The position numbers were made by a program, and so were the translations under genes. DNA of 63,934 nucleotides, counting the filler, from Craspedostauros australis (Eukaryota): NCBI GenBank assembly GCA_030167865.1. It is 9 parts of 9 records of this genome, joined end to end, with 100 filler letters (N's around TTAATTAATTAA, not from the genome) between each part and the next. Parts side by side here need not be neighbours in the genome. Positions count along the whole stretch, not along the records: positions 20,078 to 47,438 come from JALAGF010000898.1; 8 more parts are not named here. One strand, given 5' to 3'. The notes beneath the pieces are model-generated. The model made no database searches and was not told where the DNA came from. It saw only the letters and a program-made list of their open reading frames with translations. Of the stretch, positions 23,684 to 34,638 are shown one piece after another. How positions within the stretch are numbered: position 1 is the stretch's first letter; each line of letters begins with the position of its first letter.

Positions 23684-25657
23684 ATGACCATCCTGGTGAC
23701 GAAGGCCAACAACAACAACATTTACAACTACAGACGCCCGCTTCAGAACTGCAGCGACAAGCAGGGCGACGACGGTGATGCTTCCGTCGCTGCCATGGAC
23801 GCCACGAGCGCCGTGCTTGCTGTCACCAACGAGTCCGAGAGCGATCATGTGGCCAGCCAGCTCATCCAGGCGCAGCACAATCCGCAAATCATCGACCTCT
23901 CATTCCACAGAACAAACATCGATCCCAACATCTTCGATGCCCTGCGCACGCTCATGTTGCAACGCGCAGCAGACACTGGCGTGCACGATCACAGCATCGA
24001 CAACGGCGCCGACAACACCGACCAATCACATCCATCGCACAGCACTTCTCCACCATGGCACACCATCTCTCTCATCAACTGCGAAGGCCTCGTCCAGGAG
24101 ACCTTGGATCTCATACTATCCCTGGACTGCCTCCGATCGCTGCACCTCGGCTTCGATGCTGGCGACGACGTGGCGTCCAATGCGCCAGACAACAACGCGC
24201 AATGCAGGATCCCGGAGATCGCGACGCTCACAAGATGGCTCTCCCATTCGTCACACTTGAAATCGCTGCGCATCACGGCGACCATGCACGCGGGCGACGT
24301 GGCCGAACTGGGCCAAGCGATCGGCTCCAACAAGAGCCTCACCTTGCTGGACCTCAGCTGGAGCTGCTTCGTCGAACCAAGGCTCGAAACCGAGCTCGAC
24401 AACACCCACAGGCATCACGACACGACCGGAAATCCCGAACACATCAGCATCATCCACCATCTGGCCGGTGGCTTCCGCCGCAACACGTCGTTGCGAACGC
24501 TCGACCTCTACGGCTGCAACCTCAGCGACCATCAGATGACGATCATCCTGCACAGCCTCGTCCAGCACCCCACGCTGCAGTCCCTGGCGCTCAACGACAA
24601 CAAGTGCGGCAGCAAGGCCAGCCTCGCCGCGAGCGATGTTCTGTGCCATCCCGAATGCCTCGTGCAGAAGTTCGTCCTCAGCTTCCAGAGGGTGGCAGAC
24701 AAGGCCGCGAGCGCCAGCGCAGCAACGCCACCTGCTGCTGATATCAATGTGGCTACAAACGTCAATGCCAACGCGAATGTTGCTGCAGATCATGGTGCGA
24801 CCAACGATGGGAGCGCAGCAACAACAACGGCACTGGCGACACGAACAGACACAAGCACAGCCAGCACCAATGTGGAGCACGATGCCAACAGTGCCACCAC
24901 CCTCGTCCCATCGCCTGGCCGCCTCAACATCGCGGCACTGGCCCGCGCCATCCAGTACAACCCGTCCTCGTTGGTCAGCCTTGATCTATCGAGCTGCGAC
25001 CTGCTCGACGCTGATGCGGTGTACTTGGCAAGGGCCATCCACAGCCGTCAATCGGTCCCCTTCTGCGACGCAGCGTCATCGCCTGCCCTGCAGGAGCTGG
25101 TCCTGTCGCGCAACAAGATCACCAACATTGGCATCCGGGCCCTGGCCAGATCGTTGCATCACTGCAGCAGCGACAACAACGCCGCCAATTCCAAGCAAGA
25201 CGACACCTACATGGTGTGCAGGCCCATCGGTTCTGGCGTTCTGCAGAACTTACCCGAACCCATCCACCGCTGCCAGCGATGCAGGGTCGGCCTGCGAAGG
25301 CTGTCGGTCTGGGGCAACCCATTCGACGAGGCCGGTGCCGAGGAACTGCTCGCCGCCCTTCGCAACAACACCGAACTCGAGACGCTGGATCTCTTCCGCG
25401 AGTTCAAGTGCTCCAAGCAGATCCGCCATCTGCTCAACATGAACCGGGTGGGCCGTCGTTTCCTGCGTCACACGAACGACGGCAGCGCCATCTACCAGGA
25501 CAGGTCGGCCGTCAGCGTACCGATCGGGTTGTGGGCTCACGTCCTAGCGCGATGCAACAAGGTCAAGCTCGTCCAACGCAGCGAGAATATCGAACAGGAA
25601 CGAGCTCATATCATGTTCGACTTTCTGCGGGAGAGCCCACATCTCTATCAGCAGTGA
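23684..25657 (+). CDS. RNI-like/NLRC3-like leucine-rich repeat protein (diatom-expanded type)
   Basis: Repeats NKSLTLLDLSWS, NTSLRTLDLYGCNL, LQSLALNDNK, LVSLDLSSCDL, LQELVLSRNKI, LRRLSVWGNPF; C-terminal NRVGRRFL...PIGLWAHVLAR cap. Confidence 0.85.
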   Translation: MTILVTKANNNNIYNYRRPLQNCSDKQGDDGDASVAAMDATSAVLAVTNESESDHVASQLIQAQHNPQIIDLSFHRTNIDPNIFDALRTLMLQRAADTGVHDHSIDNGADNTDQSHPSHSTSPPWHTISLINCEGLVQETLDLILSLDCLRSLHLGFDAGDDVASNAPDNNAQCRIPEIATLTRWLSHSSHLKSLRITATMHAGDVAELGQAIGSNKSLTLLDLSWSCFVEPRLETELDNTHRHHDTTGNPEHISIIHHLAGGFRRNTSLRTLDLYGCNLSDHQMTIILHSLVQHPTLQSLALNDNKCGSKASLAASDVLCHPECLVQKFVLSFQRVADKAASASAATPPAADINVATNVNANANVAADHGATNDGSAATTTALATRTDTSTASTNVEHDANSATTLVPSPGRLNIAALARAIQYNPSSLVSLDLSSCDLLDADAVYLARAIHSRQSVPFCDAASSPALQELVLSRNKITNIGIRALARSLHHCSSDNNAANSKQDDTYMVCRPIGSGVLQNLPEPIHRCQRCRVGLRRLSVWGNPFDEAGAEELLAALRNNTELETLDLFREFKCSKQIRHLLNMNRVGRRFLRHTNDGSAIYQDRSAVSVPIGLWAHVLARCNKVKLVQRSENIEQERAHIMFDFLRESPHLYQQ

Positions 25658-26356
25658 CGTGGTCTTCTGTTCGCTTTGGTGGCGCGTGGCGCAGTCCAAT
25701 CGACACTTGCCTCGCAACCGGGTTAAAGTCGTGCCAAGCATCGCGCGCTCCCACCGTCCTTGTCCCCTTCCTTTTGTTTATAGAATTATCCATATACTCT
25801 CTCGAGAGCAGAGCGCAAGGAAGGCCAAGTGCGATTTGTCATTCCATAGAGACGTAGTATAGTAATACTGTATACTCCACTCTACCTCGTCGCTCTTGCT
25901 CGACTGACCCCTCTTGGTGGCGCCAAACGATCGCAACAACTCTACTAGTAGCAAGCTATGGTGCCTCGTCGCGAGGGACTTCATGCCTGCTGCGCGGTCC
26001 ACCCAGACTTGTCTCCAGCACTCGTGGACTACAGAGTAATACCAACACGCTCATGTGCACGTCGAATCCTCCATTCTGTCCTCTTGCAATCTTATTCAAT
26101 CGCAACATGCAATGCTCTCTGGAGAAGTTGAGAAGAGCACAATAGAATGATACAGCGAAGCAGACCAACGGTACGCCACCCTCAAAGGTGCTGTGCACAA
26201 TAGACTCCCGGCGCTGATTGCGTGTCAAATTTCATGTTGATTTCTGTATAGTAGAGTATTTAGTCATGCATCTTGTGCCTTTGGACGTGGGGGATACTAT
26301 CTCTTTTTCACATAACATACACCTTTTCCATCGTGCGGTCCCTGCATTGGATGCGC

Positions 26357-29254
26357 TCAATTGCCGACGGCTATCTCACGTCCCTTCAGATCGTCCTTCT
26401 CGTCGGGATCGTTGAGGCTGAAGTCCGTCAGTTCCGACATGACCGAATGCGTGGACATGGCCATGCCCATGTCACCGGATCGCAACGATGCCGTGTCGGC
26501 ACCTACCGATTGATCCATGTCAGACAATGCCATGCTCATTTGGGAGGTCCCGAATGACATCCTCGAACCGATGGACTTGTTCGACGACAGAGCCGTGGTG
26601 TGGTTGCTGGTGGCGGCGGCGGCTGCCGTGGCCCCGCGCAGCAAGGCCCTGGGCGAGGCGCCGCTCATTTCACCAGAATCTTCGAATGTATTCGTCATCC
26701 ATTCGTTCTGGTCGAAGCCTTCGATCTCGATAACCTCGTCGTCGGAAAAGTCATCTTCGTAGTTGTCATCCAACTTGTCGATGGCCGGCGGTGTGATCTT
26801 GTGGTTGGTGATGAAGTCCTGGAGTGTTTTGCGATACGCGATTTCGCCTGCTGACGCGGATGTCCGTTCCTGTCCTGTCGCAGGCAGGTCGTTGCCAGCG
26901 GATGCAGTGTTCTGCGCGCTTGGCTTCTTGTCTTCCGTGGATTTCATGATGCCCACTGGTCGTCCCGAGGCATTTAATGATCCAGATCGAGGTTGTTGTC
27001 TTTGTTCGTGCTGTTGTTGTTCGTGCTGGGCATGCTGTTGTTGCTGCTGTTGTTGATTCATGGCATGCGCCGCATTGGATGATGTGTTGGCATTCTTGGG
27101 CGTTGTCTCATTGACCACTGCCGCCGCCGCCGCCGATGGCGAGGCCGATTTCACTCTCAGCGGCAGAGGTGACAAGCCCGACGAAACTGGAGGTGGCTTG
27201 GAATCATGTGAACCCTCTTTAACGTTGACTTCTCCATTCGTGTCTTCCTTGATCGGGGGCGTTCGCCCGAAGGATTGCTGCTGCTTGTCGGATTGTCCGG
27301 CAGGGAACGGCAATGGTTCCATCGGAGGATTGTTTGCGTTACCCTGCATGTTCATGAGGTGCTGTTGCTGCTGCATTATCAGCATCTTCATGTCGGGCAA
27401 CTGACGTTGCTGCTGGTGTGCATTGAGCAGGTTGTTCGATGAATCCACCGGCGATGAGAGAGTCAGCTGATTCATTCCTTGCATGGCAGCACGGCTTGGT
27501 GTTGGTGACAGCAGGGGGTTGCCGGCGTTGTTGTTATTGTTCATCATTGGGTTGTTCCCATTCTGCTGCTGCTGCTGAGCAGCATTGCCCATGGCATTCT
27601 CCATCGATGCAATCTGTTGCTGTTGCTGCTGGAGGAGCATGGCGTTCATTTGCTGCTGTTGCTGCATCTGCTTCATCATCATCATATTGTTATTGTTGTT
27701 GCTGCCGTCGCCACCGTTTGGATCGCCTCCGTTCATGAGCTGCAGCAGCTGGATCCGAGACGTCTCCGATGCTGAGTTTTCAAACAGACCGTACTGCTGC
27801 TGCAACATGATCTGATGCTCGGATGAGAATTCACCATTCATGCCTGGCATCATCATGCCGTTGCCGCCGTTGGTGTTGTTGTTGTTCATGGGCATGTTGA
27901 TGTTCATGCCGTTCGCACCTTGCTGCTCGATCATGGTGTAGTTGTCCTGCATCAGCCTCTGCTGCTGGATGGAGAGCAGATTCATCTCGTGCATCGATAG
28001 GTTGTTTGTGTTGTTGCCATTCATGCCGTTGTTGTTGTTGTTGTTGTTCTGGCTGGAGAGAGATGATACAGGTAAGCTGGTGCGGCGTGCTGCCATGTTG
28101 GGTGTCATGCCGAGACCATTCATGTTGCCATTGCTGCCATTGTTGATACCGTTGCCAACGAAACTCATGCCCTCGTTGTTGTTGTTGTTGCTGCTGCTGT
28201 TGTTGTTCGTACCCATCCCTCGCATCATTCCATTCGACGTCATGACTGGAAGGCTGCCGCGCCTTTGCTGCAGCTGCTGTTGTTGCTGCATGAGCATCGC
28301 CATCTGCTGATTGTCGTTGTTGTTGTTCATGTTGTTGTTGTTGTTGTTGTTGTTCATGCTGTTGGTGTTGTTGTTTCCATTGTTGCGCATGGCCGCCATC
28401 ATCATCATCATGTTTCCATTGTCGTTCATGTTGTTTCCATTGTTGTTCATTCCCATGTTCATGTTGATACCAGCATTGATTCCCATGTTCATGTTCATAT
28501 TGATAGCACCGATGTTGTTGATGGCATTTGGATTCTGCATCATGGCGTTGGGACTGTTGAGCGGGTTGGCAACGCCGCCCATCCCATTGATCTGCTGTTG
28601 CATCGCGGCCAGCTGCTGCTGCTGTCGCTGAGCCTGCAGTTGCTGCGCGCGATGTCGGAGCTGTTCCTGCTGGCGCGTTCGGTTGGCCAGAGCAGGATCG
28701 AATGCCTGGCCGGGATACTGCTCCTGCTGCTCCTTGATCTGCTGCAGCAGCGGTTGGACGTCGGGCGTGCGCTCGCGCAGGCACTGCGATGCTTTCTCGC
28801 GGGCCTTCTTGTCGCCCACCTCGGTCCACTTGTACTTGGTGATGGAGGTCGTGGTGCCGTCCCCATTCTTCTTCTCGGCCTTGAAGTCGTTGCGCGCGAG
28901 GAATCGGCCGGGCGGGATCATCTTCCTCCAAATCTCGACGACGTCGCGGGCGACCTTCGGTTTGTCGACCTTGCTGCTGGCGATGTACTTGTACTTGTGT
29001 TCGTTGACGAGGCGGCGGAACTTGATGTTGCCAGGGTGGTTGTTGGTGCCGCCGCCGCGTCCCAGCAGCACGTCGTTCTCGCCGGGGCGCGTCGTGGAGG
29101 TGGGCGTCTCCTCCTCCGCGTTGTCATCGTCGTGGTTGTTGTTGTTGTTGCCCGCATCCGCGCCATGATTGCCTGCGCTGCTGCCGATGCCATCGGGCGT
29201 GGTCTTTGCGTCGTCCACGGCAGATCCATTCTCACGTTCCGTGTCTGGCGCCAT
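26357..29254 (-). CDS. DUF6824-domain protein with long Asn/Gln/Met-rich low-complexity region
   Basis: ENDVLLGRGGGTNNHPGNIKFRRLV...YIASSKVDK...PPGRFL...WTEVGDKKAREKASQCLRE is the diatom DUF6824 signature; 965-aa uninterrupted ORF. Confidence 0.88.
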   Translation of the reverse strand: MAPDTERENGSAVDDAKTTPDGIGSSAGNHGADAGNNNNNHDDDNAEEETPTSTTRPGENDVLLGRGGGTNNHPGNIKFRRLVNEHKYKYIASSKVDKPKVARDVVEIWRKMIPPGRFLARNDFKAEKKNGDGTTTSITKYKWTEVGDKKAREKASQCLRERTPDVQPLLQQIKEQQEQYPGQAFDPALANRTRQQEQLRHRAQQLQAQRQQQQLAAMQQQINGMGGVANPLNSPNAMMQNPNAINNIGAINMNMNMGINAGINMNMGMNNNGNNMNDNGNMMMMMAAMRNNGNNNTNSMNNNNNNNNMNNNNDNQQMAMLMQQQQQLQQRRGSLPVMTSNGMMRGMGTNNNSSSNNNNNEGMSFVGNGINNGSNGNMNGLGMTPNMAARRTSLPVSSLSSQNNNNNNNGMNGNNTNNLSMHEMNLLSIQQQRLMQDNYTMIEQQGANGMNINMPMNNNNTNGGNGMMMPGMNGEFSSEHQIMLQQQYGLFENSASETSRIQLLQLMNGGDPNGGDGSNNNNNMMMMKQMQQQQQMNAMLLQQQQQQIASMENAMGNAAQQQQQNGNNPMMNNNNNAGNPLLSPTPSRAAMQGMNQLTLSSPVDSSNNLLNAHQQQRQLPDMKMLIMQQQQHLMNMQGNANNPPMEPLPFPAGQSDKQQQSFGRTPPIKEDTNGEVNVKEGSHDSKPPPVSSGLSPLPLRVKSASPSAAAAAVVNETTPKNANTSSNAAHAMNQQQQQQQHAQHEQQQHEQRQQPRSGSLNASGRPVGIMKSTEDKKPSAQNTASAGNDLPATGQERTSASAGEIAYRKTLQDFITNHKITPPAIDKLDDNYEDDFSDDEVIEIEGFDQNEWMTNTFEDSGEMSGASPRALLRGATAAAAATSNHTTALSSNKSIGSRMSFGTSQMSMALSDMDQSVGADTASLRSGDMGMAMSTHSVMSELTDFSLNDPDEKDDLKGREIAVGN

Positions 29255-32200
29255 GGTGGTGATTGTGCTTGCGTTGAGCAGAGGAGCGGATGAGTTGGAC
29301 TATGAACAGAGCAGCGTGGAGTTCGGCAGAGTCGGAGATGGCTTTAACAAGGCACCGTCCAGTCCTATCGTGTCCAAGTCCGGGCGCGAGTGGTGGTGTG
29401 AGCAATGGAAGCAGCAGCACCAATCCTGTGTCGTGCTTGCGTTCGCGATCGATCGCTGCCAAATGACTGGATTCCGATTCTGCCGCGGGATGAAGTTGCT
29501 CCGGATGGCCTCTTGCGCTGCAGGAAGCACCAGTGGACGGTTGGTTGCGGCTCCTCAACCAGAAGGGGTGGCTGACTGTGTCGACGAGTGGGGTGAAGGA
29601 TGGTTCGGATGCTCCCCACCAGAGTCAAAACCCAAGGGTGAATTGTCTCCTCCGAAGAACAATCTTGACAGAGATGATTCGGACGGCGTGGGCAATGGGA
29701 ATCTGCTCTACTGCTGTTGCGAACAGATGCTCTCTCTTGGCGTGGGTGTCGCCGCGTGGAGTGGATGTGCACAATGGGGAGTGCGATGACAATCGCGCTG
29801 ACGCGGCTCTTTTGCCGGTGCCAAAACAAACTGCAGTGGACTCGGGGCCGCCAACCTTGCGAAGTGTCGTGGTGGCTTACTCGCACACTCTGTTTCTGTT
29901 CGTGTCGCGATGACACAGTCCAAGCGACTACGGATGACAGCGGAGACACCGATGATAACGTCGGAGGTGATGCGCCCGCTGTTGCCTCTTGGAAGCCTTT
30001 GGTGGGTGGGTACTCGTCGGAGCTGTTCGCGTGGTACTGGCAGTGATGCTGTTGGTGATGGCGTGACGGATGCGCGTTTGCTGATGATCAGTTCCAGTCT
30101 TCTCTGTCAAGTGCGACAACTCTCTTGGTTCGAATACCAAACTCTTGGACGAGCACGAGAAAGAGGGATGAACAGCTGCGTGCCTTCGTCGTCGTCGTTG
30201 TTGTGATTGTTGTTGTTGTTGTTGTTGTGGTTGTGGTAGGGATGAGACAGAACCGGATGGAGACCTTACTCTCATGTGGACGGGCGTGGATGAGTTCTCC
30301 GCAAGAGATCAACAAACAACAACAAACTCGGGAGCGGAGACGGTGGTGGCGATGTCTCTATCGCGCCTAAATGCAGCGCAGAATCACATTTTCGCACCAT
30401 ACCCTGCTCGCACTTGGCAAACGACACAAGAACACGATTGTAGTACCCCAACGGGGTGTAGAGGGCTATTTGGACTTCGTATTCTCGCGGACACACAAAG
30501 ATGCCCTCCGCGAAAAGAGGCCGAGACTATCGAACAGACACACAGAACACACGCACATGAAGACGTGGCCAAGGGAACTTGAAAGAGATCGCAGCGGTAT
30601 CCTCGCCGACGCACACACCCAGCAACAACCAAGTGAGAGAACAAGGAGAACAAGAACGTTAGGCTTCAAGAACAGCCCTGATTCCTTGAATTCACCAGAA
30701 CACAGTTCTGCCAATGTCCTCATAGTGTCCCATACGACATGTCTCAGACGGTATATACATATGTGATGACATCGACGAGGCTCATGATGTTTCTGCTGTG
30801 CATGTCGCTTCGTTCGTGGTCATTACATTGTTCTGTTGGCCATTCTTGACAACTTGGAATGGATTGAAAGACCAAACTCTGTGCAGAAACCGCGACCTTC
30901 GTTGTGACACATGCCAGAAATGGTGATGCTGCTCACTGTCACTGCCGCTGGTCCATCAAGGCCGCCATGTCCAACCGTGGCACCAATACTCTGCACTGGC
31001 GACGGCGATCACAAGACCGCAGCATGATCATCGTGGTGGTCGTCTCTGTGGCCGTTGAGATGCGACGAGTGCTGTACTAAATCACATTCCATACATTGAG
31101 ATGACGAGTGCATGGATGCCACGCACATACACGCCAATGGCGCGACAACAAGAAATCTCACAGCAGAGTTCGAGTTCATTCGGAATCAGATCGATCCTCA
31201 ATGTACGAGGCAAATGATTCGTCGCCGTTGCAAATGCAATCGATCCTCACGAAGGACGAAATTGGTAGATGTGCACATGCATCGCAACGATGAAATCGAA
31301 CCGACTTGTGTTGCATTCGTTCGCCAAATACTATTCATCAACCGAAACTGACAAAGGTCCAAGATTGCCTTGTTGGGTCGTGCAGCAACAACACAGAAAA
31401 GAGGCTGGATCAATTTTTTTGTGCAACGCATGGAGAGGTGTCAGAGTCTTCGACGTTGTCCCATCAGCCAAGGGAGGATCTCTCTCGACCGACCGACCGA
31501 CCGACCGACCGAGGGATCATGGTCAATGCGAAATCCGAAACATTGCGTGCACGACTTGACCTGGGAGAGTGCATAGCACAGCACAAGACCAAAGAACAAT
31601 CCTGTCTCGTGTTGGTGTCTCCTGCAACGCTCCCTGATCCCGACCACGTTTTCTGCGATGAGCATGGCGTGCTTGTCTGCAACCTACCTACCCTTGCACA
31701 AGCAACAAACATGTGCATCCTTTACCAGACATGGCCGAAAGTTGCATGCCCCGTGCATCTGCCAAGAGACTTGCATCAGTCCCTTCTGCTGAGCATTGTT
31801 GAAGACGTTCCGTGTGGATCTTGGACGCAGTTCTAAATACTCGCAACGGGTTCTGTATTTCGGCAGTCGCAACGAGGATGACGTGAGGGAGAATCTCAGA
31901 GTATTTCAAGTCGAGTACAGTACCATGCTGTACAATTTCTCAAGGCCTCACTCCATTTCACTCCACTCCACCCCAACCTGCTTCATTTGATTGTGCTTCA
32001 TTCATCACCCGCCACCCATCGCCCATCGCCCATCACCCATCACAACCTCGTACCACTCCATCATCATCGCTCTCACTCATTTTGTGTGATGAAAAAGTGA
32101 ACGGAACCGCCGATGAATGGTTCGAATCACAAAATGCCAACGAATTGGATGGAGTCGCATCGTTGTTGAATGCACACTCCGACTAACCGCTTCGGAAGAG

Positions 32201-32832
32201 GGCATTTGACATTTCCACTATGGACAAAAACAACCGGGTGCCACATTAATTTGCATATTTATTTAGTATCAACTCTGCATACATATATTAACTTTAAAAG
32301 ACTCGAGAAACATGATGTTGCACAAGAAAACGCAATCCCCATCTCACATAACGGGGACGTTATCTCACTTGCATGAGAAAATGCGCGGCACAACGCCACA
32401 CTTAGATCAGCTCCATCCGATTGATTCCCGATGTGCTGCCAGGCGACCTTGTTGACGCAAACACACACAATTTCAACTCTTTTTCGATGGCTCTGGCACG
32501 AAGATTGCGATTGCTTTACCGTTGCAGGCACCGTAATAAAGATCGACAACAATGAGGGAGAAGTGGTTGTCCTGTGCGCAGTCGTCCATGTTCGGCAACG
32601 CGCACCTCCCGTCCTCGTTTTGAATTTCATAAAATCCGCAAGCCACGAAACGCAACGAAGCAAACACAGGAAACCAACGCAAACAGCCAACCAACCAAAC
32701 ATTCAAGCAAGTAGAACGGAAGAGGGACAGCTGATCCATCGACCACTCTCACAACAAACAAGTCACAACAGACGACAACGCACACACACACACACTTCCA
32801 ACCAACAACCACACCAATAGAGCAGAGAGACC

Positions 32833-34128
32833 ATGATCGCAACGAAACTGGCATGCCTGCTGCTGACCATCCTCATGGTCGACGTGCTCAGCATCAGTAC
32901 AGATGGCAGATACCTCAGATCAGAGATGGAGACATCGAGGCAGCTCGGCAAGGACAAGGGCAGCAAAGACAAAGACAAGAAAGACAAGGATAGCAAGGAC
33001 AAGGATAGCAAAGACAAAGACAAGAAAGACAAGGATAGCAAGGGCAAGGATAGCAAAGACAAAGACAAGAAAGACAAGGATAGTAAGGACAAGGACAGCA
33101 AAGACAAAGACAACAAAGACAAGGATGGGGGTGATAACCAGGACGACACAGACAGGAGCGATGGAGTGAAGTACCTGTACCAGCCGTACGAAAAGGGCTA
33201 CATCTCCCCAGCCGGAGTGTACGAATCAAGAAAGTGTATCATCATGGGAGAAGACGCCGCGACCTGCGACGCTGGATGTGGTGGATGCTGCCGGTACGTT
33301 ACACACGAGCTGGGAGCTACGAACTTTTGGAATCGTGCGGTGTTCTGTCTTGTGCCACCGATATGTAGTGGAATTGCTGATGCCATTGCCGATGCAATAG
33401 AAGGAAACCATGAGAGTTGTTCACACTGGATCATAGCCACCGTGCGGGCACAGCAGAACCTTGAAGATGCGTTGTCGAACATGTACATCAATCCATCATG
33501 GAAAGCAACAATCAATTCACTCACTCACTTCCTCACTCACTCACCCACTTGCTCTCGCTAACACAACAGCATCTACGTCGGACCCTTCTGCGACGCTGAG
33601 AATAAGTATGACCACATGCCATGCGCATGCAGCGGAAAGACCATCCCACGATCATTCTGGGATGGCACCAACAACATCATCGATGTCATTGTCGAATCTC
33701 CTAGTTCAACGCCCTCTGCGTCGCCCACCGAATCAACCAGTGCGCCAACGAGTGCTCCAACATCAGAACCAACGGCGGCACCAACGACGACGGACCGTTC
33801 TGGCAGCGACGGCCTCAACATCCCGGTGAATGTTACAAGCGAACCAACTGCCCAGCCAACACTAGAACCAACGTCAGAACCAACCGAGGAACCGGTGGTC
33901 ACCTGCAAGAGAATCTACGGAACCTTCGAAACTAACGGGATCATCGAGGAGAAGCCGTGCATCGATATGGGAGACAACCCAGCGTACGAGGATTGCGCAG
34001 AGAACTGCGGCGGATGCTGTCGAGTGTACAACGACCCATGGTGCGACAAGAACAACGGGATCACGCACATGCCATGCGCCTGCAGTCCCTACACGAAGCC
34101 ATTAGATTCGTGGTACGAGTGCTCTTAG
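32833..34128 (+). CDS. Secreted protein with RXL sites, KD-rich tract, two 8-Cys modules and a PT-rich linker; exons 32833-33293 and 33570-34128
   Basis: Signal peptide MIATKLACLLLTILMVDVLS. GTACGT donor at 33294, CTAAC branch site and CAG acceptor ending 33569. Splicing restores CGGCCRIYVGPFCD...HMPCACS, matching the second module CGGCCRVYNDPWCD...HMPCACS. Confidence 0.85.
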
Positions 34129-34638
34129 AGTAGAGACATTTGGAGAGTGGAAGCAAGCCTTGGCATCACGCAGTCGGCGCTGAGCCAAGCGAGAACTGAA
34201 CCTCTTGGGGCGTCGGCAGTACTTGGACTCGTCCAATGCGATGAGTACTCGGCGGATGCGCAGTCGTTCAGCGCGGGTAGAGAATGAATAGAGCAGAGAA
34301 CGACGAAGACGGCTAATTGTAGGAAAATATACATGATACAACAACAGAACCATACTGTCATTGTCAGCCGTTCGTGTTCTGGGCTGGTGGAGCGTTCACA
34401 CAGCACAGATCCGTTGACCTGAAACCATACGTAACGTGAGGAAAGTACTTGTTAAAAAAGCAGGCAGCAGCAGATAACATATGGTTGACAAGGAAAGTGG
34501 CGGATTGAATGCTTGTCTATCCATGTTTTAAAGATCACCGATATTCGACTGCTGTGTTAAGTCGTCGTTGTTGCATCCCCATTCTGCATCGTCACAAAAT
34601 GAACGCCCCGCCTGTGCGATTGCAATCACACAAGCCAC

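Noticed and set aside
33294..33561. C-terminal part of the 242-aa ORF in the track
   Set aside because: Intron read-through; splicing yields a far better internal domain duplication.
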